64,000 nucleotides of DNA from Octopus sinensis (lineage: Eukaryota): the NCBI RefSeq assembly GCF_006345805.1, contig NC_042997.1:186806001-186870000 (forward strand), read 5' to 3'. The notes under the pieces were generated by a model that was given only the letters and a program-made list of their open reading frames with translations, searched no databases and had not been told where the DNA came from. Shown in pieces: positions 1 to 12,969 of the stretch; position 1 is the first letter of the stretch; the number at the start of each line of letters is the position of its first letter. A program made the translations under genes and the position numbers.

Positions 1-158
1 GTAAAAAACACCCACTACACTCGCGGAGTGGTTGGCATTAGGAAGGGCATCCAGCCGTAGAAACACTGCCAGATCTGACTGGGCCTGACGAAGCCTTCCA
101 GCTTCACAGACCCCAGTTGACCCGTCCAACCCATGCTAGCATGGAAAGCGGACACTAA

Positions 159-198
<40 letters not shown>
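1..198 (+). mobile_element. 3' end of RTE-associated repeat (family C) with (GAT)n tail
   Basis: GGTTGGCATTAGGAAGGGCATCC...CCAACCCATGCTAGCATGGAAAGCGGAC followed by (GAT)n; the same body recurs about 10 times in the window. Confidence 0.8.
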
Positions 199-199
<1 letters not shown>

Positions 200-220
200 A
201 AAAATATATTATATATAATA

Positions 221-378
221 GGCACAGGTGTGGTCGTGTGGTAAGAAGCTTGCTTCTGACTACATGGTTCCAGGTTCAGTCTCACTGTGTGGCACTTTGG
301 GCGAGTGTCTTCTACTATAGCCTCGGACCAACCAAAGCCTTGTGAGTGGATTTGGTAGACGGAAACTAAAAGAAGCCT
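221..378 (+). mobile_element. tRNA-derived SINE-A, 5' half
   Basis: Head GGCACAGGTGTGGTCGTGTGGTAAG and B-box-like GGTTCAGTCTC, matching the full copies at 5908 and 16645. Confidence 0.8.
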
Positions 379-474
379 ATTGATAGTGACTTTAAAGTTT
401 CAGCTAGCTAAGTCATCACCCAGGCAGTCTGACGATGGCTTAGCTGGCCAAAACTTTGAGTGACATGTTTCTCT

Positions 475-875
475 CTTTCTCTCTTTTCTCTTTTACTTGT
501 TTCAGTCATTTGACTGTGGCCATGCTGGAGCACCACCTTTAGTCAAGCAAATTGACCCCAGGATTTATTCTTTGGAAGCCTAGTACTTATTCTATCTGTC
601 TTTTTTGCCAAACCACTAAGTTATGGGGACGTAAACACACCAGCATCAGTTGTCAAGCAATGATGGGGGGACAAACACAGACACACAAACACATACATAC
701 ACACATATATAATACATATATACAACGGGCTTCTTTCAACGAAATCCACTCACAAGGCTTTGGTTGGCCCAAGGCTATAGTAGAAGACACTTGCCCAAGG
801 TGCCACACAGTGAGACTGAACCCGGAACCATGTGGTTGATAAGCAAGCTACATACCACACAGTCACTCCTACGCC
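475..875 (-). mobile_element. tRNA-derived SINE-A, near full length
   Basis: Reverse complement of the SINE-A head, central (CA)/(TA) tract and AAACAAGTAAAAGAG tail. Confidence 0.85.
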
Positions 876-908
876 TATGTTTATGAATAATAAATAAATA
901 TATGTATA

Positions 909-955
<47 letters not shown>

Positions 956-967
956 GGTAAGGGGTCT

Positions 968-1178
968 TTGTGTGTTTGTGTTTGTCACCCACCATCACTT
1001 GACAACTGGTGTTGCTTTGTTTACATCCCTGTAACTTAAGAGTTTAGCAAAAGAGATGAATTGAATTAATAGGAAGCCTAAGAATAAGTACTGGGGTTGT
1101 TGATTTGTTTGAGTAAATCCTTCAAGTCGGTACCCCAGCATGGCCACAATCCAGTAACTGAAACAAGTAAAAGAAAAA
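968..1178 (+). mobile_element. SINE-A, degraded 3' half
   Basis: CACTTGACAAC...CCAGCATGGCCAC...GAAACAAGTAAAAG. Confidence 0.65.
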
Positions 1179-1699
1179 TGACAATGGATAAAAGGGAGAG
1201 AGAGAAGGAAAACAATGAAGGGCTCGGAGCGCAGAAGAAGGGCAGAAGAAAGTGAAAAAGAGGAAAAAAAGGAAGAAGAGAAAATGGTAGAAGTTCTGTG
1301 TCTTGAGATCAGATCTCACCACCTCTTTCCATGATTTCTTTAATCTTTCCCTTCTGCAGTTTTTTTTTTTTTTTCACTTGAGTCCCTTGACATTTCTGTA
1401 GCCTACTGTTGTCCTCCATTCACATCACCACATTTCCATACATCTCAGCTCTCTCTTTCCAACACACTACATCTGATATCTCTTATATACCCAGATTTTC
1501 TCACGGCTCATTTGTGCTTTTTGGTTCATGGTGACTAACATTATGCATCCAGTGGAGCATGCACACCTTTTTTTTTTTCTTTCTAGCCTTCAAACAGCCA
1601 GTCAATGCCCATGCTTACGTTGGATATACTGTAGGGAATAAATAACAAAGCAATCTATCTAACATTCTAGAAACTCTGCTGATTCACAACCTCAACTGC

Positions 1700-2922
1700 T
1701 GCCCCTTTTTTTTCTATAGGCATAAAATATGAAATTTTGGGGAAGCGGGCTAAATAAACTATTGCATCAGACCCTGTACTTATTTTATCAATTGTGAAAG
1801 AATGACTCTGTTATTAACCTCTGAAAGGTGAAAGGCAGGATTTGAACTCAGAACCACAAGGTGTTTTGTCAAGCACTCAGACAATTCAACCGGGCATAAG
1901 ACCACACACTTTGTAGAGAAAACTGTTGATTAATTCACTACTTTAACAACAGCCCTTTAAATAATTCTTTCTACTATAGGAATATGGTATGAAATTTGGA
2001 GAAAGGTCTAAACTGTTGCATCAATCCTTGTGTATGATTGGTACTTATTTTATCAACTGTGAGAGAATACAAGGCAAAGTTGACTTTAGTTGTATTTGAA
2101 CTCAGAACATAAAGCTAGAAGAAATGCTGCTAAGCATTTTGTCCGGTGTGCTAAGGATTCTGCCAGATTTGCCACCTTTGCTTTTGTTCTAATAAAAATA
2201 TTTACTTCTGAGGCAGACTCAAAGTCTGAAATGTGGTGAGGAAAGGGTTAGTCAATAAATCCACTATAGAACTGGACTGATACTCTATGTTATTGAGCTC
2301 TGAAGAGTAAAAGGCAGGATTTGAACTCTGAACATAAAGAGCCATAACATATACCACAAGGTATTTTATCAAGCACTCAAACAATTCAATTTGGTACAAG
2401 ACCACACAATTTGTAGAGAAAAACCATTCATTAATTCACTATCTTAACTACAGCCCGTTTTCTAATCCTTTCTACTATAGGAATAAGGCATGAAATTTAG
2501 GGGAAAAGGACCAATCTTTTGCATCAATCATTGTGCTTATGTTACTGGCTCTGGAAAAAAATAAAAGACAAAAAGACTACTTTGGTAGCATTTGAACTCA
2601 AAACACAAAGCCAGAAGAAATGCTGCTAAGCTTTTTGTCTGGTGTGCTAACAACTCTGCCAGCTTACAGCTTTTGCTCTTTGTTATAATAAGAACATTTA
2701 CTTCTGATGTAGATATAAGGCCAGAAATGTGGCAAGGAAACGATTAGTCAATTAAATTAAACTATACAACTGGACTAATACTCAATGTTTATTAACATCT
2801 GAAAGGGGAAAGGCGGAATTTGAATTCAGAATGTAAAGAGCTATAACATATACCACAAGGTATTTTGTGAAGCACTCGAACAATTGGTATAAGGCCACAT
2901 ATTTCGTAGAGAAAACTGTTCA
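1700..2922. repeat. Old ~500-bp tandem repeat (~2.4 units) built from degraded SINE-B-like segments
   Basis: ACCACAAG anchor at 1853, 2353 and 2852 (periods 500 and 499); each unit contains ATTTGAACTCAGAAC SINE-B motifs. Confidence 0.7.
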
Positions 2923-3150
2923 TTAACCCTTTCATTACCAACCCAGCTGAAACTGACTCTAGCTCTGAGTACAAATGTCTTGTTTTCATAAGTTTTGAAT
3001 TAAAATCTTCCACCAAACCTTAGTCACAATTTATGTTCCTAACACTAGCTTAATGATAACTAAGTTATTTTACTAAATTCTTTGTTATATTTAAAGTAAT
3101 TGAAAGAAACACTGAGCATCTCAAAATAAATACAGTAATGAATGGGTTAA
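2923..3150. mobile_element. ~228-bp MITE with TTAA ends (family M1)
   Basis: TTAACCCTTT...GGGTTAA termini; opposite-orientation copies at 45844-46073 and 62510-62738. Confidence 0.8.
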
Positions 3151-3180
3151 ATGGTTATGTAGTCCATTCATCAATCATCC

Positions 3181-3390
3181 TCATCATCATTTAACATCCA
3201 TTTTCCATGCTGGCATGGGTTGGGCATGACAGGACCACACCCAGTTCCATGGTCTGTTTTGACTTGGTTTCTACAGCTGGATGCCCTTCCTAATGCCAAC
3301 CACTTTATAGAGTGTACTGGGTGCTTGTTACATAGCACCAGTGCTTTTTATGTGGCACTATCACCATTGAATTTTTACATGGCACCTTGG
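3181..3390 (-). mobile_element. Family C (RTE 3' end), degraded
   Basis: (CAT)n, TTTCCATGCTGGCATGGGTTGG, GGATGCCCTTCCTAATGCCAACC. Confidence 0.7.
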
Positions 3391-4254
3391 TTTTAGGAAC
3401 TTGTGAAGAGCAGATCTTCTTGCATACAGCAATGCACCACATATCTCAGTCCTATGTCACCTACTTCGTAAGGCTCAACATTCTGAGATCAACCATTACT
3501 TATCTTTAATGTAAAGTACTAACTGAAATTAGCAAAAACAAAAAAATAACTGCATTACAACAATAAAAGGAGGCAAATTACAACTACTGTGTCCATGATT
3601 TGAACCAGTGATCTATAGCTACACTATTTTCATTGTTTATAATTTAATCAATGGAAGAGGGAGAACAGCAGCCATTGTTTCTTTAGGGACCCTCACAGAT
3701 GGACAACACTATTGTGGGTTTTATTGTTATTGATGTTGACTGAGTAGACTTGATGAGAGACATTCCAACCATGACCTTCTTGTCTCTTCCTATGTACAGA
3801 GAACCCAGTATCATGTTATCCAACATGTCCTCTCCTAAGACACCGATGTGTGATTTTGAGATACACCTAGCTGCTGTTTCTAGCAGGCCGAGCAATCAGC
3901 TACCTAGGGCTTCCTATGATGCAGGCTTGTGGAACTAAAGAGAGGTTGATTGTTGCCGTTAATGTTCAAAATTTTAACTCACAGAATTTAAAGGGACTTT
4001 GCAGTAAAATTTCAAGCGAGATGCATTTTAGTGCAGGACCCGACCATTATTTCGGCTGGTTAATTCCTTCTTCTCTTTGTCGAGTCCTTTAAGAAAATGG
4101 TGAGAAGAAAGAGTCAGAAATGGAAGAAGAGAAAATAATGGAGTGGGGAAGCGCAGGAAGAAGGAAGAATACGAGCAGGGGACTAATTATAAGAAGATGA
4201 AGAAAGCGGAGAGCTACACAGTACAGAAGACGGAAGAAGAGATAGCAGCAGTAG

Positions 4255-4985
4255 CATTAGCAGTAGGGGTGGTGGTGATGGTGGTGGTAGTGGTGGTAGT
4301 AGCAGGGGGAGCAGCACCAGCAGCAGTTGAAGTAGTAGCTGTGGTAGTAATAGTCGCAGCAGAGTAGTATCCTCACCACCATCACCATCACCATCATCAT
4401 CATCATCATCATCATAATCATCATCCTCATCAGTAGTGCTATCAGCAGCTGCAATGGCAGCAGAAGCAGCAGCAGCAGCAGCAGCAGCAGTATTCCCATC
4501 ATCATCATCACCGTCATCATCATTGTCACCACCACCATCATCACCACCACCACTATCACCACCACCACCACCACCACCACCACCACCACCACTACTACCA
4601 TTATCATCATCATCATCAGTAATGCCATCAGCAGCAGCAGCAACAGCAGCAGCAGCAACAGCAGCATCCCCATCATCATTGTTTTGTCATTGTCACCACC
4701 ATCACCACCACCACCACCGTCACCACCACCACCACCACCATTATCATCGTCATCATCATCATCATCAGCAACAGTGGTATCACCATTATTGCCACCATCA
4801 TAACCATCATGAACACCAACACTACCATCATCACCATCACCACCATCTTCCCTACCATCAGTAGCAGCAGCAGCGGCAGCAGCAGCAGCAACAGCAGCAG
4901 CAGAAGTAGTCATCACCCAACCAGTAAATTATCAAGCTCACCCATTTTCGCCCTCGACGACCACCACCACCACAGTGAGGGTTCC
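4255..4985. repeat. Compound (GGT)/(CAG)/(CAT)/(CAC) trinucleotide microsatellite
   Basis: Directly visible; source of the low-complexity ORFs at 4143-5072. Confidence 0.95.
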
Positions 4986-5907
4986 ACACCACCATCCATC
5001 CATCCACCTTCACTTCTGGACCACATCATCATCCCCTCTGCCCCTTCACACTCACCCTTACCCTCCACATAAGTCTTATTATTTATTATTATTTTTTGTT
5101 TTTTTCTTGGTTTGTTATACCTGAAGTCATTCAAATATAACAAAAAAAAAACCATAAATAAATAAAAAAAAAAAAAAGATCCTTCAGCTGTTCTTTCTCT
5201 CATAAAGTCTTTTCTTTCTGTTAAATCCTTCTGTTGCTCATTCACACATGAACTCATTACAGTCAGCGCTTGTTCAGACATTTAATTCCATTTTATTTCG
5301 TTCCTTCCGAACATTTCTCCGTTCTCTCACTCCTTCACTTAATACGCTCATTAGTGTTGTATTCGTTAATTCATCTTATCAATTCTGTTGTTCTGTCATT
5401 CTCCAGAAATAACGGCTGCTATATACAGTCTAATGTAGTTGTAGCTAGTAAATTCCTTCCATAATTCCTGCATTCCTTTCTTCATTTATTTATTCTTTTA
5501 TTCATTCATTCGGTCATTCATTAAATTAGTTGGTGCTTAATGCAGTTGTATAGTTTCAGAGAGAGGGGGATAGAAAGACAGAGAGAGAGAGAGAGAGAGA
5601 AAGAGAGGTGGAGCATAAATAGAGGAAAAGAAGGGAGATAAAGGAAGTGCTGTATGTCTTTAAATTTTCATTACCATTGTTCCTATATTGTATAGATACA
5701 GGTGTAGGTGTGGGGTTATGAAATCTGTTTTGGAACCATGTTGTGTTAGGCTTGATCCTGCTGTGCAACACATAGAGCAAGTGGCTTCCACTGTAGCCTT
5801 AGGTGGAACAGTTAATTGTAAGTGGAATTCACTGGATAGAACCATCATATACATATGTGTGTATGTATGTCGATATTCATTTTTATTTCAAGATTTCTTG
5901 CCAATAT

Positions 5908-6325
5908 AGACGCAGGAGTGGCTGTGTGGTAAGTAGCTTGCTTACCAACCACATGGTTCCGAGTTCAGTTTCACTGCGTGGCATCTTGGGCAAGTGTCTT
6001 CTACTATAGCCTCGGGCCGACCAAAGCCTTGTGAGTGGATTTGGTACTCGGAAACTGAAAGAAGCGCATCGTATATATGTATACATCTATATATATATAT
6101 GAATGTCTGTGTGTGTGTTTGTGCGTCTGTGTTTGTCCCCCCCAACCAAATCACTTGACAACCGACGCTGGTGTGTTTACATCCCCGTAGCTTAGTGGTT
6201 TGGCAAAAGCCACCAATAGAATAAGTACTAGGCTTACAAAGAATAAGTCCTGGGGTCGATTTGCTCGACTAAAGGCAGTGCTCCAGCATGGCTGCAGTCA
6301 AATGACTGAAACAAGTAAAAGAGTA
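5908..6325 (+). mobile_element. tRNA-derived SINE-A, full length
   Basis: GCAGGAGTGGCTGTGTGGTAAGTAGCTTGC head, central (TA)(TG) tract, AAACAAGTAAAAGAGT tail. Confidence 0.9.
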
Positions 6326-6439
6326 TAGCACGATCAGAATTAACTTGAATCTGCACAGCAAGAAACTCCAGTGATTTGACATCAGCGTAGCATCTTTAAT
6401 CTGACTGTCCACAAGTCCTCTGCCCCACCACCACAAACC

Positions 6440-6869
6440 TAATTTCACCAAATGCAATGATTTCTGAAATCATTTCAGCAAAGCCATTGACCACATCTGG
6501 CATGAGATTCTACTAGCTAAAAGCTGTCCATCTATAAAGAAGAATCTTTATCTCTTGACCGGAAAGAATATTTTTAACCCATATTCTATCAATTGTCCTG
6601 TTGTTATTATTATTATTATCTTTTTTTCTTCTTCTTTCAAATTTGCTTCCATTTCTTGCCGAGTGTCTTCCCGACTCCTAGGGCAAAGAAACTCATAGTA
6701 TACATTGGTAGGCCAATGTAGTTCATTTTTTTCGTTCATTTTTTTTTTTTAAAGTTAAATTAAAATACATGGGTAGTAATAGTTCTCACATCGACAATGC
6801 TCTTCTCAATACATGTGATGTACCAGTTAAGACAATTTTTTGCACTTCTTGCAATTATTATTATTATTA

Positions 6870-6908
<39 letters not shown>

Positions 6909-7050
6909 TGGTTGAGTTATGTCATCATACAACACCGTTTTTCTACATTGACGACCTGCTTGCTTTTCATTCTAACAATCCATTATTTATTCTGCTCTGC
7001 AGATAATAAATACCACCCTTCAATCTTCAATAACCATTTTGCACACGCAG
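6440..7050 (+). pseudogene. Decayed CR1/L2/Jockey-like reverse transcriptase remnant, interrupted by a Dong-like insertion
   Basis: 6471-6521 translates HFSKAIDHIWHEILLAK (cf. RT motif DFSKAFDxVWHxxLLxK); about 6940-6960 reads FYIDDLL (cf. LYINDL); frameshifted. Confidence 0.6.
6620..6853 (-). mobile_element. 5'-truncated Dong/R4-type non-LTR element (3' ~230 bp) flanked by (TAA)n
   Basis: Near-identical to the 3' end of 54480-55542; encodes QEVQKIVLTGTSHVLRRALSM*; TTA arrays at 6604-6619 and 6854-6906. Confidence 0.85.
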
Positions 7051-7319
7051 GCATCAGGCACACAAACCTTAAATGCCTCAAGCTAAACATGTGCTCAAAT
7101 CATGTTAGACATAAACTACTTCTGATATCAATGACCTCGAAAATATTACATTTTAAAGCTGTTCAAAAGCAACAAGGCACATGTCATTCATATTCCTTAA
7201 ATAACAGAGCCATAAGACTTGAAATTGTTATAAATGCTAGGCCGGTGATCTTTTCTGGTGGTCATTCATTTATAACAGGTTCAGATATAGAAGTGTAGCA
7301 AAGAAGTTTGTTGCAATTA

Positions 7320-7795
7320 TAAGGGGGTGCCTAAACATTCCTGGCTTTTGGGTAAAAGAAAATACAGAAGGCTCAGTTAATTATGATTTTATTCAAGATG
7401 TTCCCTCCTCAGGTTAACACACATATTTATTCCTATATTGCCCACAGGGGAACAAACAAGGACAGACAAACGAATTAAGTCGATTACAGCGACCCCAGTG
7501 CGTAACTGGTACTTAATTTATCGACCCTGAAAGGATGAAAGGCAAAGTCGACCTCGGCGGAATTTGAACTCAGAACGTAATGGCAGACGAAATACGGCTA
7601 CGCATTTCGCCCGGCATGCTAATGTTTCTGCCAGCTGCCAGCACACACATATTGCAGTGGTCCTTCAGTTTTTCTAAGCCCTGTAAAAGAACTTGGAAGT
7701 GAAAGCACATGGCATAGTGGTTAGGGTATTTCATTCACGATCATAAGGTTGTGAGTTCAATTCCTGGTGAAGCGTTGTATCCTTGAGCAAGACCC
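7320..7795 (+). mobile_element. Composite of a mariner-like terminal fragment and a tRNA-SINE head, split by a SINE-B insertion
   Basis: Aligns with 46352-46585 across the same GAACTTGGAAGTGAA/GCAYATGGC junction. Confidence 0.6.
7428..7642 (-). mobile_element. tRNA-derived SINE-B with 11-bp TSD
   Basis: Reverse complement of CTGGCAGAAACATTAGC...GAGTTCAAATTCC; ACACACATATT at 7417-7427 and 7643-7653. Confidence 0.85.
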
Positions 7796-7949
7796 TTTAT
7801 TTCATGACCTTGGCAGAATTTGAACTCAAAACGTAGTGGCAGATGAAATACTACTAAACATTTCGCCCAGCATGCTAAAAATTCTACCAGCTTGCTGTCT
7901 GACCATCCTTTTAAATAATGATAAACGTTATTATAATATTAAATGATAA

Positions 7950-8160
7950 TGGTTTCAAATTTTTTGCACAAGGCCAGTAATTTCGGAGCAGTGGGGTTGA
8001 GTTGACTGCATCAACCCCCTCAGTGCTCAACTAGCACTTATCTCATCAACCACAAAAGAATGAAAGTCGACCTGGCAGAATTTGAACTCAGAACATAAAG
8101 ACGGGCGAAATGCCACTAAACATTTTGCCTGGGGTGCTAATGATTCTGCCAGCTTGCCAA
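7950..8160 (-). mobile_element. SINE-B, degraded
   Basis: GGCAGAATTTGAACTCAGAAC...CTGCCAGCTTGCC. Confidence 0.7.
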
Positions 8161-8179
8161 TAGCAATGAGATACAACGA

Positions 8180-8406
8180 AAATGAAGATGATGACAATGA
8201 TGATGATGATGATGATGATAATGATGATGATGATTATGACAGTGGGATCAGCTGCTATGACAATAGCAATGGTGGTAATGGTGGTGGTAATAGTGGTTGC
8301 AGCAACAGCGATGGAGATGGCAGCAGTGATAGTGGTAGAAGTGGTGGTGGTGGTGCTAGTGTGGTAGTGATGGTGATGGTGGTGGTGGTATGGAGAGAGT
8401 GGTGAC

Positions 8407-8439
<33 letters not shown>

Positions 8440-8845
8440 ATGATGATGATGATTATGACAGTGGGATCAGCTGCTATGACAATAGCAATGGTGGTAATGG
8501 TGGTGGTAATAGTGGTTGCAGCAACAGCGATGGAGATGGCAGCAGTGATAGTGGTAGAAGTGGTGGTGGTGGTGGTGCTAGTGTGGTAGTGATGGTGATG
8601 GTGGTGGTGGTGGTATGGAGAGAGTGGTGACGATGATGATGATGATGATGATGATGATAATGATGATGATGATTATGACAGTGGGATCAGCTGCTATGAC
8701 AATAGCAATGGTGGTAATGGTGGTGGTAATAGTGGTTGCAGCAACAGCGATGGAGATGGCAGCAGTGATAGTGGTAGAAGTGGTGGTGGTGGTGCTAGTG
8801 TGGTAGTGATGGTGATGGTGGTGGTGGTATGGAGAGAGTGGTGAC

Positions 8846-8887
<42 letters not shown>

Positions 8888-8890
8888 AAA
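8180..8890. repeat. Three ~220-bp units of a GAT/GGT-rich higher-order repeat
   Basis: GATTATGACAGTGGGATCAGC at 8232, 8451 and 8671. Confidence 0.9.
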
Positions 8891-9506
8891 AGCAGTTGTT
8901 GTGGCAGTGGCAATGGTGGTGATAGGGGTGTGCAGAGTATGGTGATGATAGTGATTATCCTAAGGATGGTTATGGGGTGGTGTATGTGTGCATGTTTGTT
9001 TGTGTGTGTGTGTAAGGGAATCGACAGAGCCAGCCAGTGTAGTTGTAAACAGATGATTTATGATAGCTAAAGCTAAAGGTAAGGCCAAGAGACCCGACCC
9101 CTGCTCACCTACACCCACCTCCCACTTAGGAAGCATTAGAGATTGTTAAACACTTTACATAAGTCAACTTGCCTCCACCCCAGTCCTGACAACTTACCCT
9201 GCCATCATCATCATCATCATCATCATTATCATCATCGTCGTCGTCGTCATCATATTGTTATCATTATTATTATCATTATTATCATTGTTATTATTATCAT
9301 TGTTATTGTTATTGTTCAGGCAAAATGTTTCAGGGTGGGGTGGCATTTCATCCATCTTTACGTTCTGAGTTCAAATTCTGTCGAGATTGACTTTGCTTTT
9401 CATCCTTTTGGGCTCAATAAAATAAGTATTGGTTGAACACTAGGAGTCAATGTAATCAACTTACCTTCTCCCCTAAATTGCTAGCCCCACCGTCCCAAAA
9501 TTATTA

Positions 9507-9548
<42 letters not shown>

Positions 9549-9564
9549 TATTATTATTATCATA

Positions 9565-9900
9565 AGGTGGTGAGCTGGCAGAATTGTTAGCCTGCTGGAT
9601 GAAAATGCTTAGCGGTATTTCACCCATCGCTACGTACTGAGTTCAAATTCCGCCAAGGTCGACTTTGCCTTTCATCCTTTTGGGGGTCAATAAAATAAGT
9701 ACCAGTTGAATACTGGAGTTGAGGTAATCAGTTATTTTCCCTCACCAAAATTCCAGGCCATCTGCTTTCAGTAGAAAGGATTCTTCGCTTTCATCCTTTC
9801 TGGGTCAATAAATTAAGTACCAGTGAAATACTGGGGTCAATGTAATTGACTAGTTACCTCCCACCAAATTTCAGGCCTTGTGCCCATAGTAGAAAGGATT
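9565..9900 (+). mobile_element. SINE-B plus a partial tandem copy
   Basis: GGTGAGCTGGCAGAATTGTTAGC head, GAGTTCAAATTCC B-box-like motif, repeated TTTCATCCTTT..AAGTACCAG. Confidence 0.75.
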
Positions 9901-9902
9901 AT

Positions 9903-9907
9903 TTTTA

Positions 9908-9963
<56 letters not shown>

Positions 9964-10432
9964 GAGTGAGAGAGCAGTGCATGCCATCAAAGTGACACTG
10001 GGGTAAAATATACGAAGCCCAGTACACCCATCATGACTACCCGTCTGATAAGGGTACACCAGCCACATGCGTCACAACCATATGTGCACGAGATGGTGAT
10101 CTCATATCAAGATAAACAGCACATGACCTTGCAGGTGGGGCCCAGTTAGAATTTTCTTCAGGTCGAGTAACCCATCCCGCTCAAAAGGTTCCTGAATAAG
10201 GGTTGTTCAAGGATGTTGAACGAAACAACTATGTTTCCAGAGGTGAATTATTCAAACCTCCAAGAATTCCTTTCAACACATGGCTATGATGCTCCCCCAC
10301 AAATCCTGCTCTTGAACAGAGATGCACATATTGTCAGCCACTAAGGGACATGCTCAACTGGTTAAGGTCGAGCAACTGACAAGCAAATCTGTGGTATCGA
10401 GCAGAATATTTGCTGTAGCCCATCTTTTATAT
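9903..10432 (-). mobile_element. (AAT)n-tailed retroposon (family E)
   Basis: 9960-10195 matches 55625-55850; both end in a (TTA)n array on the + strand. Confidence 0.7.
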
Positions 10433-10584
10433 CCTCCTCCAGCTCTTATTTTTTCTTCATGTTTTTCTTTCACCTCTTCCCTCCAGACCCCCATTCTTAT
10501 ATTCTGGTGGCGCTAATCCCTCTTTATGATTATAATTGCAGTATATTGCCATATAGTTTTTTCTTAGTTAACAGAGAATAATCT

Positions 10585-10832
10585 GGTGGTGTGCACATGT
10601 GTGTGTGTGTGTGTGTGTGCATGTGTCTGCATGTATGTGTGTGTATGTGGGGCATGTATATACACACAAGCACTACACACAGAAATATGAGAATATGTGT
10701 GTATGGAGGTGTATATAAAGACAAGCACCACACGCACACATATAAGCATACATGTGTGTCTGTGTGTGTGTGTGTATAAACTCACACACATATATATATA
10801 TACATGTATATATATGTATATATACATGTATA

Positions 10833-10887
<55 letters not shown>

Positions 10888-11290
10888 GTATATGCATATA
10901 TGTGTATATATATATATTAATAGTTATTGCCAAGCTAATATGTATATATACAAGCACTACACACAGAAATATGAGCATATGTGTGTATGGGGGTGTATAT
11001 AAAGACAAGCACCATACACACAAATATAAGCATACATGTGTGTCTGTGTGTGTCTGTGTATAAACTCACACACACATATATATATATATATACATGTATA
11101 TATATGTATGCATATATATTATATATATATATATATATGCATATGAATATATATGTATGTGCATTTATATATGTGTGTGTATGTATGTGTATATATGTGT
11201 AAGTGTGTATAAATGTGCGTGCACAAATGTGTGTGTATGTGTGTGCGTACATGCGTGCACGCATGCATGATAGAGCATATATGATGTACG
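10585..11290. repeat. (TG)/(TA) microsatellite region with an internal ~283-bp duplication
   Basis: ACAAGCACTACACACAGAAATATGAG occurs near 10666 and near 10949. Confidence 0.85.
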
Positions 11291-11568
11291 CACATTCTAG
11301 TACACATATCCAGTACCTCTTTATGTCTTGAAAGACCATAGGGCTGTACCTGGAAAACCCATCTTCGAAGAGCCGGCTCCAGTGAGCTATTATTTTAATG
11401 AAGACCCGTAGTCAACCATGCATGAAACTCTTCTCTCCTCAACAGTATCGAAGCTGTCCAAAGGCAAAGCAACAGCTGATACAACTTGGTACCAGTTTCA
11501 TTGCAGGCAATGGCGTCAGAATTGCAAAGAACCAGAACAGATATTGCAAGACATCCGGCCTCTCTCTA

Positions 11569-11609
<41 letters not shown>

Positions 11610-11768
11610 TATCCTCATCCTCAGCGTCATTATTTAACATGAGTTTTCCATACTGGCATGGGTTGGCTGGTTCCACAGGAACTGGTGAGTCTGAAAACTG
11701 CACCGGTCTATGCTGTCTGCTCTGCTCTGACATGGTTTCTTTGGCTGGATACTTTTCCTAATGGTATA

Positions 11769-11832
<64 letters not shown>

Positions 11833-12039
11833 TACGCACACATACTTATATATATGAGAGAGAGAGAGAGGGGGTGGAGAGTGAGAGAAAGAAAGGGAGA
11901 CAGACAGACAGATACAGATACAGATGGATTGATGGAGGACACTCACACACACACACACATCCATATATTTAGAGTGAGAGAGAGAGAGAAAGAAAGAGAG
12001 AGAGACAGAGAGAGAGAAAGAAAGGGAGTCAGAGAGAGA

Positions 12040-12212
12040 CAGACAGACAGACAGACAGGTAGATAGATACATACATACACACATACATAGACAGATAGTA
12101 AGTTAGATCGATTAACAGAAAGACAGACAGACAGATACACAGATAGTCAGACAGCTTGACAGATACATAGATACACAGACAGACAGACAGACAGATAGAT
12201 AGACAGACAGAC

Positions 12213-12259
<47 letters not shown>

Positions 12260-12280
12260 CAGATAGATAGATAGATAGAC

Positions 12281-12332
<52 letters not shown>

Positions 12333-12333
12333 T

Positions 12334-12376
<43 letters not shown>

Positions 12377-12382
12377 TAGATA
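12040..12382. repeat. (GACA)n/(GATA)n tetranucleotide array
   Basis: Directly visible. Confidence 0.95.
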
Positions 12383-12969
12383 GGTGAACAGATGTGCAAA
12401 TATATTAGATATTGGGCATGCGTCTGTTGATATTTAAATACATCTATTCATACATACATGCCTCCATGCATCAAACCATTCCTGCATACATTAAGCATGC
12501 ATTTTTCTCTGCTTCCACTCTGCCACATTCAAATACCACATTCGTAAATACAAATGCACATTTAATGAAGGCCATATTTTGCATCCATTCAGTGAGACAA
12601 ATGCTTCCTCAATAGCTTACCTGGACCGTTTTTTTTTACACATGAACAGACATGAGCGACAAGGGAGCTTCTATTGGGTTGCTCAAATTGCTAGAAATGG
12701 CAGCTATAAACTCACTTAAATTGCAACCAACTCCATACTCATGCATTGACTTAGACACACATACCTGTCACGTACACAAGCATGCACATATATATGCATA
12801 CACAAACACACACACACACACACATACACAAGCACAGGTATGCTTGCATTATTAAGAAGGCCCTTGTGCAATCATATTGGTTTTCATTCAGTAATACTGT
12901 ATGGCACACTCGGTGCCTTGTGAATGAATTTGGCAGATAGAGAGTGTGATGAAGCCTACTGTGTATTCT

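Noticed and set aside
4143-5281. ORFs rich in poly-H/P/S/Q/V/M
   Set aside because: Direct translations of trinucleotide microsatellites that are open in several frames at once; no domain content.
11330-11560. Unique GC-balanced island with several short ORFs
   Set aside because: No consistent acceptor-ORF-donor combination and no recognisable motif.
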